DNA from: an uncultured virus (IMG/VR IMGVR_UViG_3300038424_000856)
Lineage: Duplodnaviria; Heunggongvirae; Uroviricota; Caudoviricetes
DNA length: 64,000 nucleotides
Virus record (IMG/VR): IMGVR_UViG_3300038424_000856
Direction: 5' to 3' (one strand)
Shown here one piece after another: positions 46,806-56,471 of the stretch. Position 1 is the first letter of the stretch. Each line of letters starts with the position of its first letter. The position numbers and the translations under genes were made by a program. The notes below the pieces were generated by a model. It saw only the letters and a program-made list of their open reading frames with translations. It was not told where the DNA came from and did not search any database.

Positions 46806-46868
46806 AGACTTTATTTATAAATATTATGAAAATTTTTTGTAAACTATGTAATATAAAAGGAATATATT

Positions 46869-47483
46869 ATGGCTAGACGAAAATGGAATTATGAAACTAT
46901 ACAGCAAGTATTAGATGGTGAAAATCCATTTATTCAGGTTGGTTATGAACCAAATATTTCTCAAAGAAAAGAAGGCGAGATATGGAAAGACTCCAGAGGA
47001 AATAAATGGCAAAAAAAGAATGGATATAAAGTTCAATTAAGTTCAACTGACACCCCAATACTTGACAAACTTAACGAATTATCTCGATGTTCTATTTGTG
47101 GCACAAATGTTAGAGCATATGGAGATAGGCTAGACCAGAAAGTATTTCCAAGAACAGGCAAATGTTATGATTGTCTTCAAATAGAAGAAATGGATTATCG
47201 TATCAATGGACAGTGGAAAAATTATGAAAAGATGAAATTGCTTAAGAATAAACAAGGTGTGTTAGAAGATTTTAAAGAAAAAGTTATAGACTCAATCAAC
47301 TTTCTTAAAAATGATTCAGGTAAAATGGGTGATGTTTTATCTAATGGTGAAATAATGACTTGGACAGGTAAATGTAATCCACAATGGTTGAAAGCCGCAG
47401 AGGAAGACTTGATAAAAGTCAACGGAGAATTAGAAAAAATGGAAAAAGAAATAACTACACTTGAATCTGAATTGAAAAAATAA
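46869..47483 (+). CDS. Hypothetical zinc-binding protein upstream of terminase
   Basis: RKEGEIW.D.RG.KW; CSIC...CYDC. Confidence 0.75.
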   Translation: MARRKWNYETIQQVLDGENPFIQVGYEPNISQRKEGEIWKDSRGNKWQKKNGYKVQLSSTDTPILDKLNELSRCSICGTNVRAYGDRLDQKVFPRTGKCYDCLQIEEMDYRINGQWKNYEKMKLLKNKQGVLEDFKEKVIDSINFLKNDSGKMGDVLSNGEIMTWTGKCNPQWLKAAEEDLIKVNGELEKMEKEITTLESELKK

Positions 47484-47484
47484 T

Positions 47485-49098
47485 ATGGTAAATCAACCTA
47501 CATTAAGAGATATAATAAAAGAAGAGACAAAGAAGTGCATGGAAGACCCTGCATATTTCATGCGAAAATATGTAAAAATACAGCATCCAACGAGAGGAAC
47601 TATACTTTTTGATTTATATCCATTTCAAGAAGACACACTTAAGGAGTTTGATTTACACCGATATATTCTTATACTTAAATCAAGACAATTGGGTATCACC
47701 ACTTTAATTGCAGCATATTCTTTATGGATGTCCATTTTTAATAGTGATAAAAATATTTTAATTATTTCAATAAAACAGGAAGTTTCAAAGGAAATTATCA
47801 CCAAAGTTCGTTTTGCTAATGAGCATTTGCCATCGTGGTTAAAAGTAAAGGAAACCACAAATAATTATATGTCTCTTAGATTTGCAAATGGTTCTCAGGT
47901 TGCAGCTACGTCATCAGCTAAGGATGCTGGTCGTTCAAAAGCATTGTCTCTTTTGATTATTGATGAAGCAGCTTTTATTGAAGAGAGTGAAACTATATGG
48001 GCATCATCTTATAATACCTTATCAACCGGTGGTAAAGCTATTGTTCTTTCAACCCCGAATGGTGTTGGTAATTGGTTTCATAAAATGTGGGTGGATGCCG
48101 AAAGGAAGAAAAACGATTTTAAAACATTGAGACTTTCGTGGAATCTTCACCCAGAACGTGACCAAAAATGGAGAGATGAGCAAACCAAACAACTTGGTGC
48201 TAAACTTGCTAGTCAGGAATGTGATGGAGATTTTCTATCATCAGGAGCAAACGTTGTAGATTTAATAACACTTAAATGGTACGAAGAAAATCCAGAAATG
48301 GTAAGAGATAGGAAAGAAGCAAGAAGTGGAGAAGCTTTATGGATATTTGAAGAACCAATGCAAGGCAAAGATTATCTTGTATGTGCTGACGTAGCTCGTG
48401 GTGATGGGTCTGATTTTTCTGCAGCTCATGTGTTTGATATAGAAACCTTGGAACAAGTTGTAGAATTTCAAGACCAAATAGGTACAAGAGAATTTGGCAA
48501 TATGTTAGTGTATCTAGCTACCGAATATAATGATGCACTTCTGATTGTTGAACGTGAAAATATTGGTTGGGCCGTTCTTCAACAAATTATTGACCGCCAA
48601 TATAAAAATACATTTTATTCTAATACTAATGACCCGAAGATAGCAGATGTCTATCATAATATGTCAAATAGATATAATCGTGATGAAGCTAAATTACTTC
48701 CGGGATTTTCTACAACAATTAAAACAAGACCATTATTAGTTTCAAAGATAGAGGAATATTTTAGAGAAAAGTTGGTTATTATTCATTCTATCAGATTGAT
48801 TAATGAATTAAAAACTTTTATTTGGGAAAATGGAAAGGCACAAGCAGCTCAAAATTATAATGATGATTTAGTTTTGGCATTGGGTATGGGATTGTGGGTA
48901 AGAGATACAGCTTTAAGACTTAGAAATGAAAAAATGGTTTTAACAAAAAATATGTTAGATAAAATACACATCAATAAAAATGAAGATAGAACTCCCATTT
49001 ATACTGCTAAAGTCCAATCAACAGGTCGTGACCAATGGCAAATGAAATTTGGTAAAAGACCGGGTGATGTTGAATCCTTAACTTGGTTATTACGATAA
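47485..49098 (+). CDS. terL: Terminase large subunit (T4 gp17-like)
   Basis: LYPFQ, KSRQLG, IIDEAAF, STPNG, ADVARG, NDDLV. Confidence 0.96.
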   Translation: MVNQPTLRDIIKEETKKCMEDPAYFMRKYVKIQHPTRGTILFDLYPFQEDTLKEFDLHRYILILKSRQLGITTLIAAYSLWMSIFNSDKNILIISIKQEVSKEIITKVRFANEHLPSWLKVKETTNNYMSLRFANGSQVAATSSAKDAGRSKALSLLIIDEAAFIEESETIWASSYNTLSTGGKAIVLSTPNGVGNWFHKMWVDAERKKNDFKTLRLSWNLHPERDQKWRDEQTKQLGAKLASQECDGDFLSSGANVVDLITLKWYEENPEMVRDRKEARSGEALWIFEEPMQGKDYLVCADVARGDGSDFSAAHVFDIETLEQVVEFQDQIGTREFGNMLVYLATEYNDALLIVERENIGWAVLQQIIDRQYKNTFYSNTNDPKIADVYHNMSNRYNRDEAKLLPGFSTTIKTRPLLVSKIEEYFREKLVIIHSIRLINELKTFIWENGKAQAAQNYNDDLVLALGMGLWVRDTALRLRNEKMVLTKNMLDKIHINKNEDRTPIYTAKVQSTGRDQWQMKFGKRPGDVESLTWLLR

Positions 49099-49118
49099 AT
49101 TGAACATATTTATGTATT

Positions 49119-49322
49119 ATGACAAAAGATAACACGTTAGTATTGATAAGCCCATATTCTAAATCTAAAATCACTTTAGAATGTTTGGAAGATATTGAGA
49201 AATTTCACGGTAAAGATGCATTAAAAGATTCTTTATATGAATTATATCAATCTGTGATAAATCCTGAAAAATTTGGGATGACTTTAGAAGTTAAAAAAGA
49301 ATTAAAAATTACATTGAAATAA
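49119..49322 (+). CDS. Hypothetical protein
   Basis: 67 aa ORF between terminase and portal. Confidence 0.6.
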   Translation: MTKDNTLVLISPYSKSKITLECLEDIEKFHGKDALKDSLYELYQSVINPEKFGMTLEVKKELKITLK

Positions 49323-49334
49323 TAAAAGGATAAT

Positions 49335-51416
49335 ATGCCTGATTCACCTCTAAGACCAGAAGTAAGAGTAGATAATGACGAAGTTGACATAAAGCAAAAG
49401 TCTTTATTTGCGCGTTTAAAGAAGTTGTTTTCTTCAGGCGTTGTAGTTCGTAACGTTGGTGGTAAAAAACTTAAAGTAAAGGATACCAGCGATTTGATGT
49501 ACGCAACTGATAGAAACAGTTTGCGTGACCGTTTTAATCGTGTTCGTTCTACAGCTTATAATGCTTACACTAGAGATTTTTCTCTAGCTTACCAAGCAGC
49601 TCGTATTGACCTTTTTAGAGATTATGATACGATGGATATGGACCCTATTATCGCATCAGCTTTGGATATTTACGCAGATGAATCGTTAACTGTTAATGAA
49701 TTGGGAAAAATTTTAGTTGTTCATGCTGAAGATGAAAATATAAAGGGTATTCTTACTAATCTTTTTTATGATGTTCTAAATATTGAACATAATCTTTGGT
49801 CTTGGACAAGGAATATGGCTAAATATGGTGATTTTTACATGCGCTTATATATTTCGCCTGAATATGGTGTTTATCAGATTGAACCAATTTCTTCCTATAA
49901 TGTTGAACGGCTTGAAAATACAGACCCACTTAATAAAAATTATGTAAAGTTTCAAATAAGACCAACCGATACGTCACAAGTTGAAACATTGGAATTTTTT
50001 GAGTGTGCTCATTTTAGATTACTTTCTGATTCAAACTTCCTTCCTTATGGTAAAGCTATGATTGAAGGAGCACGCCGTGTTTGGAAGCAATTATCTTTAA
50101 TGGAAGACGCTATGTTGATTAATCGTATTATGCGTGCTCCAGAAAGACGTATTTTCAAGTTGGATGTAGGTAACATTCCTCCACAAGATATTGATTCTTT
50201 TATAGAAAAGCAGGTAACTAAGTTAAAGAGAGTTCCATATGTTGACCCTCAAACAGGAGATTATAATCTCAGATTTAATCTTCAAAATATGACGGAAGAC
50301 TATATTTTGCCTGTTCGTGGTAGTGATAGTGGAACTTCTATTGAAACTTTGAGTGGTATAGAATGGACGGGTATTGATGATATTCAATATTTACGTAACA
50401 AATTAATGGCAGCATTAAAGATTCCTAAAGCTTTCTTAGGTTATGAAGAAGAACTTTCAGGTAAAGCTACATTAGCATCAGAAGATGTAAGATTTGCTAG
50501 AACTATTCAACGTATTCAAAGAGTTCTTATATCAGAACTTGAAAAAATTGCTATTGTTCATTTGTATTCACAAGGATATCGTGATGAAAGTTTGGTAAAT
50601 TTTAAACTTGAACTTACTAATCCATCAACGATTTTTGAGAAGGAAAAGATTGAAGTTTGGGGAAATAAAACGGAATTGGCTAAAAATATGATGGAAGCTA
50701 AATTATTTTCTAAGCAATGGATTTACAAAAACGTCTTTAATTTGTCCAAAGATGATTCAGAAGAATTACTTGACCAGATTGTTGAGGATTCCAAACAGGT
50801 GTGGAGATTTAAATCCATTGAAGAAGAGGGTAATGACCCTGCTAAACCATTTCAGAAAATTAATCCAAAAGCTGAAGGTCTTCCACCGGGTGGTGGAGGA
50901 TTGCCTGAATTGGGCGGCGGCGGATTACCTGAACTAGGCGGAGCTGGTGTCGGTGGATTACCTGAACTGGGACCTCCAGTAGGAGGCGGTGGAGCTGGCG
51001 TATTACCACCGTTACAAGAAGCAAAGATTAAAGGAGATACTAATTATGCTAAATGGAATCAAATGGCTATCAATAATACTGGAAGTATAGAAGAGGAACA
51101 TGGTGAACATGCTGAAGATTATGAAAGGCCGTCGCAAGAAGGGGAACATGATGCTCGCAAACAACACCGTTTTGGAGAAGACCCCCTCGGTGATTTGGAA
51201 AATAAAAGAAAACCGAGAAAAAGTAGTAATTCTCTGACACCAAAATGGGCAAAGAATTCTCCATTCAGTCTTGAAACACTTCAAAGAAGTAGTTTGATTA
51301 AGAATCTTAACTCTTATTTGGATAAATCAAAAAGAGAAAAAAAGGAATTAATTAAGGAAGCAACGACAACAGGAAGCAAGTCAATGCTTGATGAAGATAA
51401 CATAATTGATGAATAA
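49335..51416 (+). CDS. Portal protein (T4 gp20-like) with a C-terminal extension
   Basis: LMEDAMLINRIMRAPERRIF..DVGNIP, EDYILP.RG, ALKIP. Confidence 0.95.
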   Translation: MPDSPLRPEVRVDNDEVDIKQKSLFARLKKLFSSGVVVRNVGGKKLKVKDTSDLMYATDRNSLRDRFNRVRSTAYNAYTRDFSLAYQAARIDLFRDYDTMDMDPIIASALDIYADESLTVNELGKILVVHAEDENIKGILTNLFYDVLNIEHNLWSWTRNMAKYGDFYMRLYISPEYGVYQIEPISSYNVERLENTDPLNKNYVKFQIRPTDTSQVETLEFFECAHFRLLSDSNFLPYGKAMIEGARRVWKQLSLMEDAMLINRIMRAPERRIFKLDVGNIPPQDIDSFIEKQVTKLKRVPYVDPQTGDYNLRFNLQNMTEDYILPVRGSDSGTSIETLSGIEWTGIDDIQYLRNKLMAALKIPKAFLGYEEELSGKATLASEDVRFARTIQRIQRVLISELEKIAIVHLYSQGYRDESLVNFKLELTNPSTIFEKEKIEVWGNKTELAKNMMEAKLFSKQWIYKNVFNLSKDDSEELLDQIVEDSKQVWRFKSIEEEGNDPAKPFQKINPKAEGLPPGGGGLPELGGGGLPELGGAGVGGLPELGPPVGGGGAGVLPPLQEAKIKGDTNYAKWNQMAINNTGSIEEEHGEHAEDYERPSQEGEHDARKQHRFGEDPLGDLENKRKPRKSSNSLTPKWAKNSPFSLETLQRSSLIKNLNSYLDKSKREKKELIKEATTTGSKSMLDEDNIIDE

Positions 51417-51477
51417 TGAAATAATACATTTTCATATGTTCACATCATATTTATAAATAAGTGTAAAGGTTGAATAT

Positions 51478-52350
51478 ATGCCTAAGAAAATGCGCCACTC
51501 AAAGTTTAGAAATACAGGTATTTTGTTTGAATTGTTGACACGACAAGTGACAGCAGATATTATTGCTGGTAAAGATGAGTCGGAAGCTAAAGATTTACTT
51601 TTTAAATACTTTAAAGAAAACACCGAATTGGGCCGAGAATGGCGTCTTTATAATTTTCTTTTGTCTGAAAAAATCAAGGATGAGCACCATGCGGATAGAT
51701 TTTTGTCGGTTATTGTAGAACAACGAAAAAAACTTAGTAACGCTAAATTAGCGAGGGAAAAATACGAATTAATTAAGGAAATTAAGGAACTTTATCCAAT
51801 TAACGATTTTTTAAAAGCAAATATTAAAAATTATAGGACTTTAGCTTCCATATTCAAACTATTTGAAGATGATTCTTCCAAAGATTTGAAATTTGATGCA
51901 AAAGAAGTTTATCAAGCAAAAACGTGTATTATTGAAAACATTGTTGATAGACCGAAGAAATCTGGTGAAGAGGATATTCTTAAGTTTTATGCACAACAAA
52001 ATGAAGATGTTCGTCTTTTATCTTATCGTATATTGGTCGAAGGTATGAATAAGAAATATAAAGATTTAGATGAAAATCAAAAGAATGTTCTTCGTGAATA
52101 TATTAACAATATTTCCAATACTAATTCGCTTGGTGAATATATTGTAAAAGAAGTGGATAATGTAAAGAAACAATTGTGTGAATTATCATCAAAAATTAAG
52201 GATAATGATGTAATAAGAATAAAAATCAACGAAGTTGTTCGTCAACTGAATAAAGTAAAACCATTACCAAATAAAATAGTAAAGGATAATCAAGTTATGG
52301 TTGTTTTACTTTCTTATGAACTTTTGAAAGAAATTAAAAATCAACTTTAA
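51478..52350 (+). CDS. Head-assembly-associated protein
   Basis: HSKFRNTGILFELL; directly downstream of portal. Confidence 0.7.
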   Translation: MPKKMRHSKFRNTGILFELLTRQVTADIIAGKDESEAKDLLFKYFKENTELGREWRLYNFLLSEKIKDEHHADRFLSVIVEQRKKLSNAKLAREKYELIKEIKELYPINDFLKANIKNYRTLASIFKLFEDDSSKDLKFDAKEVYQAKTCIIENIVDRPKKSGEEDILKFYAQQNEDVRLLSYRILVEGMNKKYKDLDENQKNVLREYINNISNTNSLGEYIVKEVDNVKKQLCELSSKIKDNDVIRIKINEVVRQLNKVKPLPNKIVKDNQVMVVLLSYELLKEIKNQL

Positions 52351-52355
52351 AAAAA

Positions 52356-54407
52356 GTGAAAAAATCTCAATTCCAATCATTGATTAAAAATGTGGTTGAA
52401 GAACAATTAGGACGATGGGTTTCTCCTAGTGAGTTAAATAAACAAACACCACAACAGAAGGGAGTTGTGCAATATTTGGAAAAACTTAATTATCGTGTTA
52501 CATCCACAATGCCTGCAGATACAACAGGTAAAACTGTAATAGTTATTATGGATAAATCGGGTGGAAAATATGGCCATGAAGAAGCATTAGTAAATCCTAA
52601 TGGTTCTGTGACTGGAAAGGCTGCATCTGATATTCCTATGAGCCTTACGGGTGGAGGTTTAGATTTTTCTATTGTTGAAAAAAAATTACATCTTAAATTT
52701 CGGATTAAAAATATGGTAGAAAAAGCTATATTGAATGAGATACTTGGTGTTGGTCCAGATATTCATCAAGCTACAATAACTCAGAAACGAGCTATTAACA
52801 CATTGAAAAAAATAGGATTTATTCTTAGAAATACTTATCCAACATCAGATGGCGTAGGTATAATTCTCATAAGACATAAAGGGAAGCTTGGTAGTCCAGT
52901 AACAAGAGTTGCAAATATAAAACCAGATGGAAGTATTAATGAGCCACATATAAATCTTAGTAAATATCTTAGTTTTGTTGGTGGTGGCGCTGGAGGTTCT
53001 GAACGTGGAGTTTCTTTACATGAATTGAGTAAACAAACATCATCACAAACAAGAGCAGTTAATCATTTTGAAAGGAGAGGGTATCATATAAAATCTACGT
53101 CGCCTATAAGTGACAGAACTATAAATGTTATTATGACTAAATCGGGTGGTAGATTTGCCAGTGATGAAGTAATAATTGGACCAGATGGTTCTGTAAATGG
53201 AAAAGTATCTGCTACTCCTATTATTCATGAAAAAATGACTACGAGAGCCGACTTAGCAGCTGATGTGGGTCTTGGTGGCACAATGAAAGCTGTGAACGTT
53301 GCAGAAGAAAATGAGGAAAGAACATGCGACTGTGGTAGTGGATTACCTAGTAAATGGGAACGTGATGGTCAGGGTATTCCTTTGGTAAGAGCGTGTGATA
53401 AATGTAGAAAGCAGAAACTATCAAAATATCGTCCAGAAATTCTTAGACCATATACTCAAGCAGATGTGGATGAACCGATTGAACCAGAAGATTATGAGGA
53501 ACAAATGGGTGCAGTTGGTGGATATGCTACTCCATATGTGTTTAAAAAGAAAATAAGAGAAAAAATCGGTCCTGATGGAAAGTATCAAGATGATATGGAA
53601 AGTGGTGTTAGGTCAAAAAGAATTTCTGGTCTTTCTGAAATTGGTGTAGGTTTGACTACGGCTGCCGCAGTAGGGGGTATTGCTTTTATTTATATGTTAT
53701 TAAACCGTATAATTAACCGTGGTTCTAACATTTACGCTGGTGGTGGTGAGTGGGAGAAAATAGAGATAACACAAGATAACATAAATATGATGCTTGATTT
53801 GATAAAAGCACATAATCCAAGACTAAAAGATGCAGATATTGAATTTGTTAAAAATCAAATTATGAATGAAATAAAGGGTGGTACAGTAAAAACCGTGGGA
53901 GATTTAAAAAAATATTTAAAAGCAAGAGAATTGGAATCGAGAAAAAAATTAGAAGAAATACATAGGTCAGGACTCCATAGGTTAGGAATGGATTATTCTA
54001 TAATTAAAAAAGTAAGAAATGCAGCTTCTAGATTTTTTAAGGTCCCTGTAGGAAATATTGAAAATATTAAAGTATTATATAAAATTACTCCTACTGATAT
54101 TGTGTTTGAAATTATTTTGGGGCCACCAAGATGGGAAAGAAAATTTATAAGATTTCATGGTATAAATAATCCTTTTGAAGTATGGGATGAAGAGCAAGAG
54201 AAATTTGTACCAACTCTTAAAACAGTTAGAAATTTTCCTCCAGAGGAAGAAGAAAATATTCAGGAAATGACAGCAACGGGTGCTATAGCTGGATATGCTA
54301 CACCATTTGCATTTTCTAAAAAGAAAAGTGGTAGTCAAAGAGCATTAGATGTAACTAAAAAGTTAGGATTTAAAGTAGTAGAAAGTATTTTAGAGAAGGT
54401 GAAGTAA
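52356..54407 (+). CDS. Modular putative head-internal polyprotein
   Basis: MKKSQFQSLIKNVVEE start; three 60-aa repeats ending P[ND]GS[VI]; CDC..CDKC; TM-like segment; two GYATP[YF].F motifs. Confidence 0.65.
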   Translation: MKKSQFQSLIKNVVEEQLGRWVSPSELNKQTPQQKGVVQYLEKLNYRVTSTMPADTTGKTVIVIMDKSGGKYGHEEALVNPNGSVTGKAASDIPMSLTGGGLDFSIVEKKLHLKFRIKNMVEKAILNEILGVGPDIHQATITQKRAINTLKKIGFILRNTYPTSDGVGIILIRHKGKLGSPVTRVANIKPDGSINEPHINLSKYLSFVGGGAGGSERGVSLHELSKQTSSQTRAVNHFERRGYHIKSTSPISDRTINVIMTKSGGRFASDEVIIGPDGSVNGKVSATPIIHEKMTTRADLAADVGLGGTMKAVNVAEENEERTCDCGSGLPSKWERDGQGIPLVRACDKCRKQKLSKYRPEILRPYTQADVDEPIEPEDYEEQMGAVGGYATPYVFKKKIREKIGPDGKYQDDMESGVRSKRISGLSEIGVGLTTAAAVGGIAFIYMLLNRIINRGSNIYAGGGEWEKIEITQDNINMMLDLIKAHNPRLKDADIEFVKNQIMNEIKGGTVKTVGDLKKYLKARELESRKKLEEIHRSGLHRLGMDYSIIKKVRNAASRFFKVPVGNIENIKVLYKITPTDIVFEIILGPPRWERKFIRFHGINNPFEVWDEEQEKFVPTLKTVRNFPPEEEENIQEMTATGAIAGYATPFAFSKKKSGSQRALDVTKKLGFKVVESILEKVK

Positions 54408-54408
54408 T

Positions 54409-55539
54409 ATGAGTAAGAAAATTAAATTAAGAAATTTGTTGAATTTAACTGAACAGGCTCCACAGCCACCAATGGCAAGCCCGGCTACTCCTGTGCCTGC
54501 TCCTGTTCTTCCCGCAGGTATGAGCGCAGGCGGTGCTGCGGCAGAAGAGGTACCACCAACCCCTCCACCTGCAGAAACATCACCTGAACCGGAAGACCCA
54601 TCGGAATATGATTTCACTCGTGATTTTAGGGCATTTGAGGATAAAAAGAACAAGGCTGAATCTGATGCTAAGAAGGTTCTTTTGGATAAAATGAACAAAA
54701 GACTTTTGAACAAAACTGTTGTTGCTAATGCTTCACGCGGTTATGGACAACCAAAAACCGATTACACTATAGAAAATATTAAGAAAATTAGTGTAGAATT
54801 TTGGTATAAGGATTATGTGGTGATAGCAACCGACCAAAATGATAAGAAATACTTTTTAACTCCGGGTATAAATATTAAAATTGAAAGTGAAGGTTCTCAA
54901 CCTGCTCCGGGTGCAGAAGAAAAACCAATAGCAGGTCCAGAAGTTCCACCACAAGAACAACCAGCGGAACAACCACCAAAAGCTGGTGATGAAGAAGAAC
55001 CAAATGTAGCATCTCCATCAGCACCCTCACCAGAAGAACAACCACCACAGGCTGTTCCAATGGTTCCTACTCAAGAGCCAGCACCAATGGCTCCACAACA
55101 AACGGTGCCAAAACAAGCACCAGCTCCAGCAGAGCCATCGCTGGCAGAACCAGAACCGGAGATTCCACATCGTAAAAAGAAAAAGAAACTTCCACCTGTA
55201 GCTGAATGGATTCAAAAAGATTTAAATATATTTCTTGTAGAATTTATGTCTGATAGTATAAAAGATGAAAATGGAAAAGTTAATTTTCTTCCTTATATAA
55301 AGAAAACATCAAAAATATTAGCTGAAAATGTAAATACTACCAAAATCAAGTACCAGTTATTGATTCCTGAAAATCATATGATAAATAATATAGATAACAG
55401 AGATATAAAATTGGCTGCAATTGATGCTATGAGACGACAAACGTATTATGGCCAATATTCGAAAGGTTCGGTTGATATAGTTAAAAATGGTAGATATTAT
55501 CTCTTGGAATATGTTAAAGAGATAGGATGGAACGTTTAA
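54409..55539 (+). CDS. Pro/Glu-rich putative prohead/internal protein
   Basis: IKLRNLLNLTE start; Pro-rich linkers between globular parts. Confidence 0.65.
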   Translation: MSKKIKLRNLLNLTEQAPQPPMASPATPVPAPVLPAGMSAGGAAAEEVPPTPPPAETSPEPEDPSEYDFTRDFRAFEDKKNKAESDAKKVLLDKMNKRLLNKTVVANASRGYGQPKTDYTIENIKKISVEFWYKDYVVIATDQNDKKYFLTPGINIKIESEGSQPAPGAEEKPIAGPEVPPQEQPAEQPPKAGDEEEPNVASPSAPSPEEQPPQAVPMVPTQEPAPMAPQQTVPKQAPAPAEPSLAEPEPEIPHRKKKKKLPPVAEWIQKDLNIFLVEFMSDSIKDENGKVNFLPYIKKTSKILAENVNTTKIKYQLLIPENHMINNIDNRDIKLAAIDAMRRQTYYGQYSKGSVDIVKNGRYYLLEYVKEIGWNV

Positions 55540-55540
55540 T

Positions 55541-56170
55541 ATGAATACTAAACAATTATTAGTTGATTGTATAACCTTTGAATTTATCAAAGATAATCTC
55601 TTTGAAGAAGCTATTCGTACTGATGGAAGACGATTGGTTGTCAAGGGTATTTTACAACGAGCAAATATAAAAAATCAAAACGGTAGGCTATATAAGAAAG
55701 ATGTACTTTTTCGTGAATCAAAAAAATATGAGGAAAACTTTGTAAAAGAAAGAAGAGCATTGGGAGAACTTGACCATCCAGAAAGCTCAGTTGTAAACTT
55801 ACAAAATGTGTCTCATAATGTTGTAGAATTACATTGGGAAGGTGATGACCTTATGGGAACTGTTGAAGTTTTACCTACTCCAAATGGAAATATTTTAAAG
55901 GAATTATTTAAAGCCAATATTCGACTTGGAATTTCCAGTCGTGGATTGGGAACAGTCAATAAAAGTATAAATGAAGATGCAGATGTGGTTCAAGATGATT
56001 TTGAACTTATAGCGTTTGATTTTGTATCAAATCCTAGTACAAGGGGCGCCTTCATGTTTCCATCGGGTACTCTTCAGGAAGGTGTTAAAACCACTATTCA
56101 AAATCCAATTACCCAAAAATGGGAAAGGGTTGAGAATATTGTAAGAGATATTTTAACTGAAATTGAATAA
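55541..56170 (+). CDS. Prohead core protease (T4 gp21-like)
   Basis: NQNGRLY, ALGELDHP, GISSRGLG, DFVSNPS. Confidence 0.95.
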   Translation: MNTKQLLVDCITFEFIKDNLFEEAIRTDGRRLVVKGILQRANIKNQNGRLYKKDVLFRESKKYEENFVKERRALGELDHPESSVVNLQNVSHNVVELHWEGDDLMGTVEVLPTPNGNILKELFKANIRLGISSRGLGTVNKSINEDADVVQDDFELIAFDFVSNPSTRGAFMFPSGTLQEGVKTTIQNPITQKWERVENIVRDILTEIE

Positions 56171-56174
56171 TTAT

Positions 56175-56465
56175 ATGAAAAATAAAATACATGAAATAAT
56201 AGCAAAACCAACTAAGTCTAGTACTTCAGCGCCATTAGGATTTAAATCCACTGTTTCAGTACCGGGGAGAGCTAAAGAAACTATTCAAACTATTTTGGAT
56301 AACATTGGCTATAATCCACGAACATTGTCACATCAAGATGCTATACGGTTGCTTGAAAAGATTAAAGTTATTTTACAAGACCTTATAACTACAAAAAACG
56401 TTGAAGAAGAATCAAAATATCCTATATTTGAAAATGTTAGTGGAAATACTTTCAAATTAAAGTAA
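56175..56465 (+). CDS. Hypothetical protein
   Basis: ORF trimmed to MKNKIHEI after the protease stop. Confidence 0.6.
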   Translation: MKNKIHEIIAKPTKSSTSAPLGFKSTVSVPGRAKETIQTILDNIGYNPRTLSHQDAIRLLEKIKVILQDLITTKNVEEESKYPIFENVSGNTFKLK

Positions 56466-56471
56466 TAATAG

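Noticed and set aside
52340..52365. Possible frameshift joining 51478..52350 to 52356..54407 at TTTAAAAAAA
   Set aside because: The slippery run starts at the stop codon rather than in frame before it, and the downstream gene has a plausible GTG start giving the shared MKKSQ motif
47485..56170. Inteins or introns in terminase, portal or primase; major capsid and tail sheath genes
   Set aside because: Those ORFs are continuous with no splicing or homing-endonuclease motifs; capsid and sheath were not recognisable and probably lie outside the window
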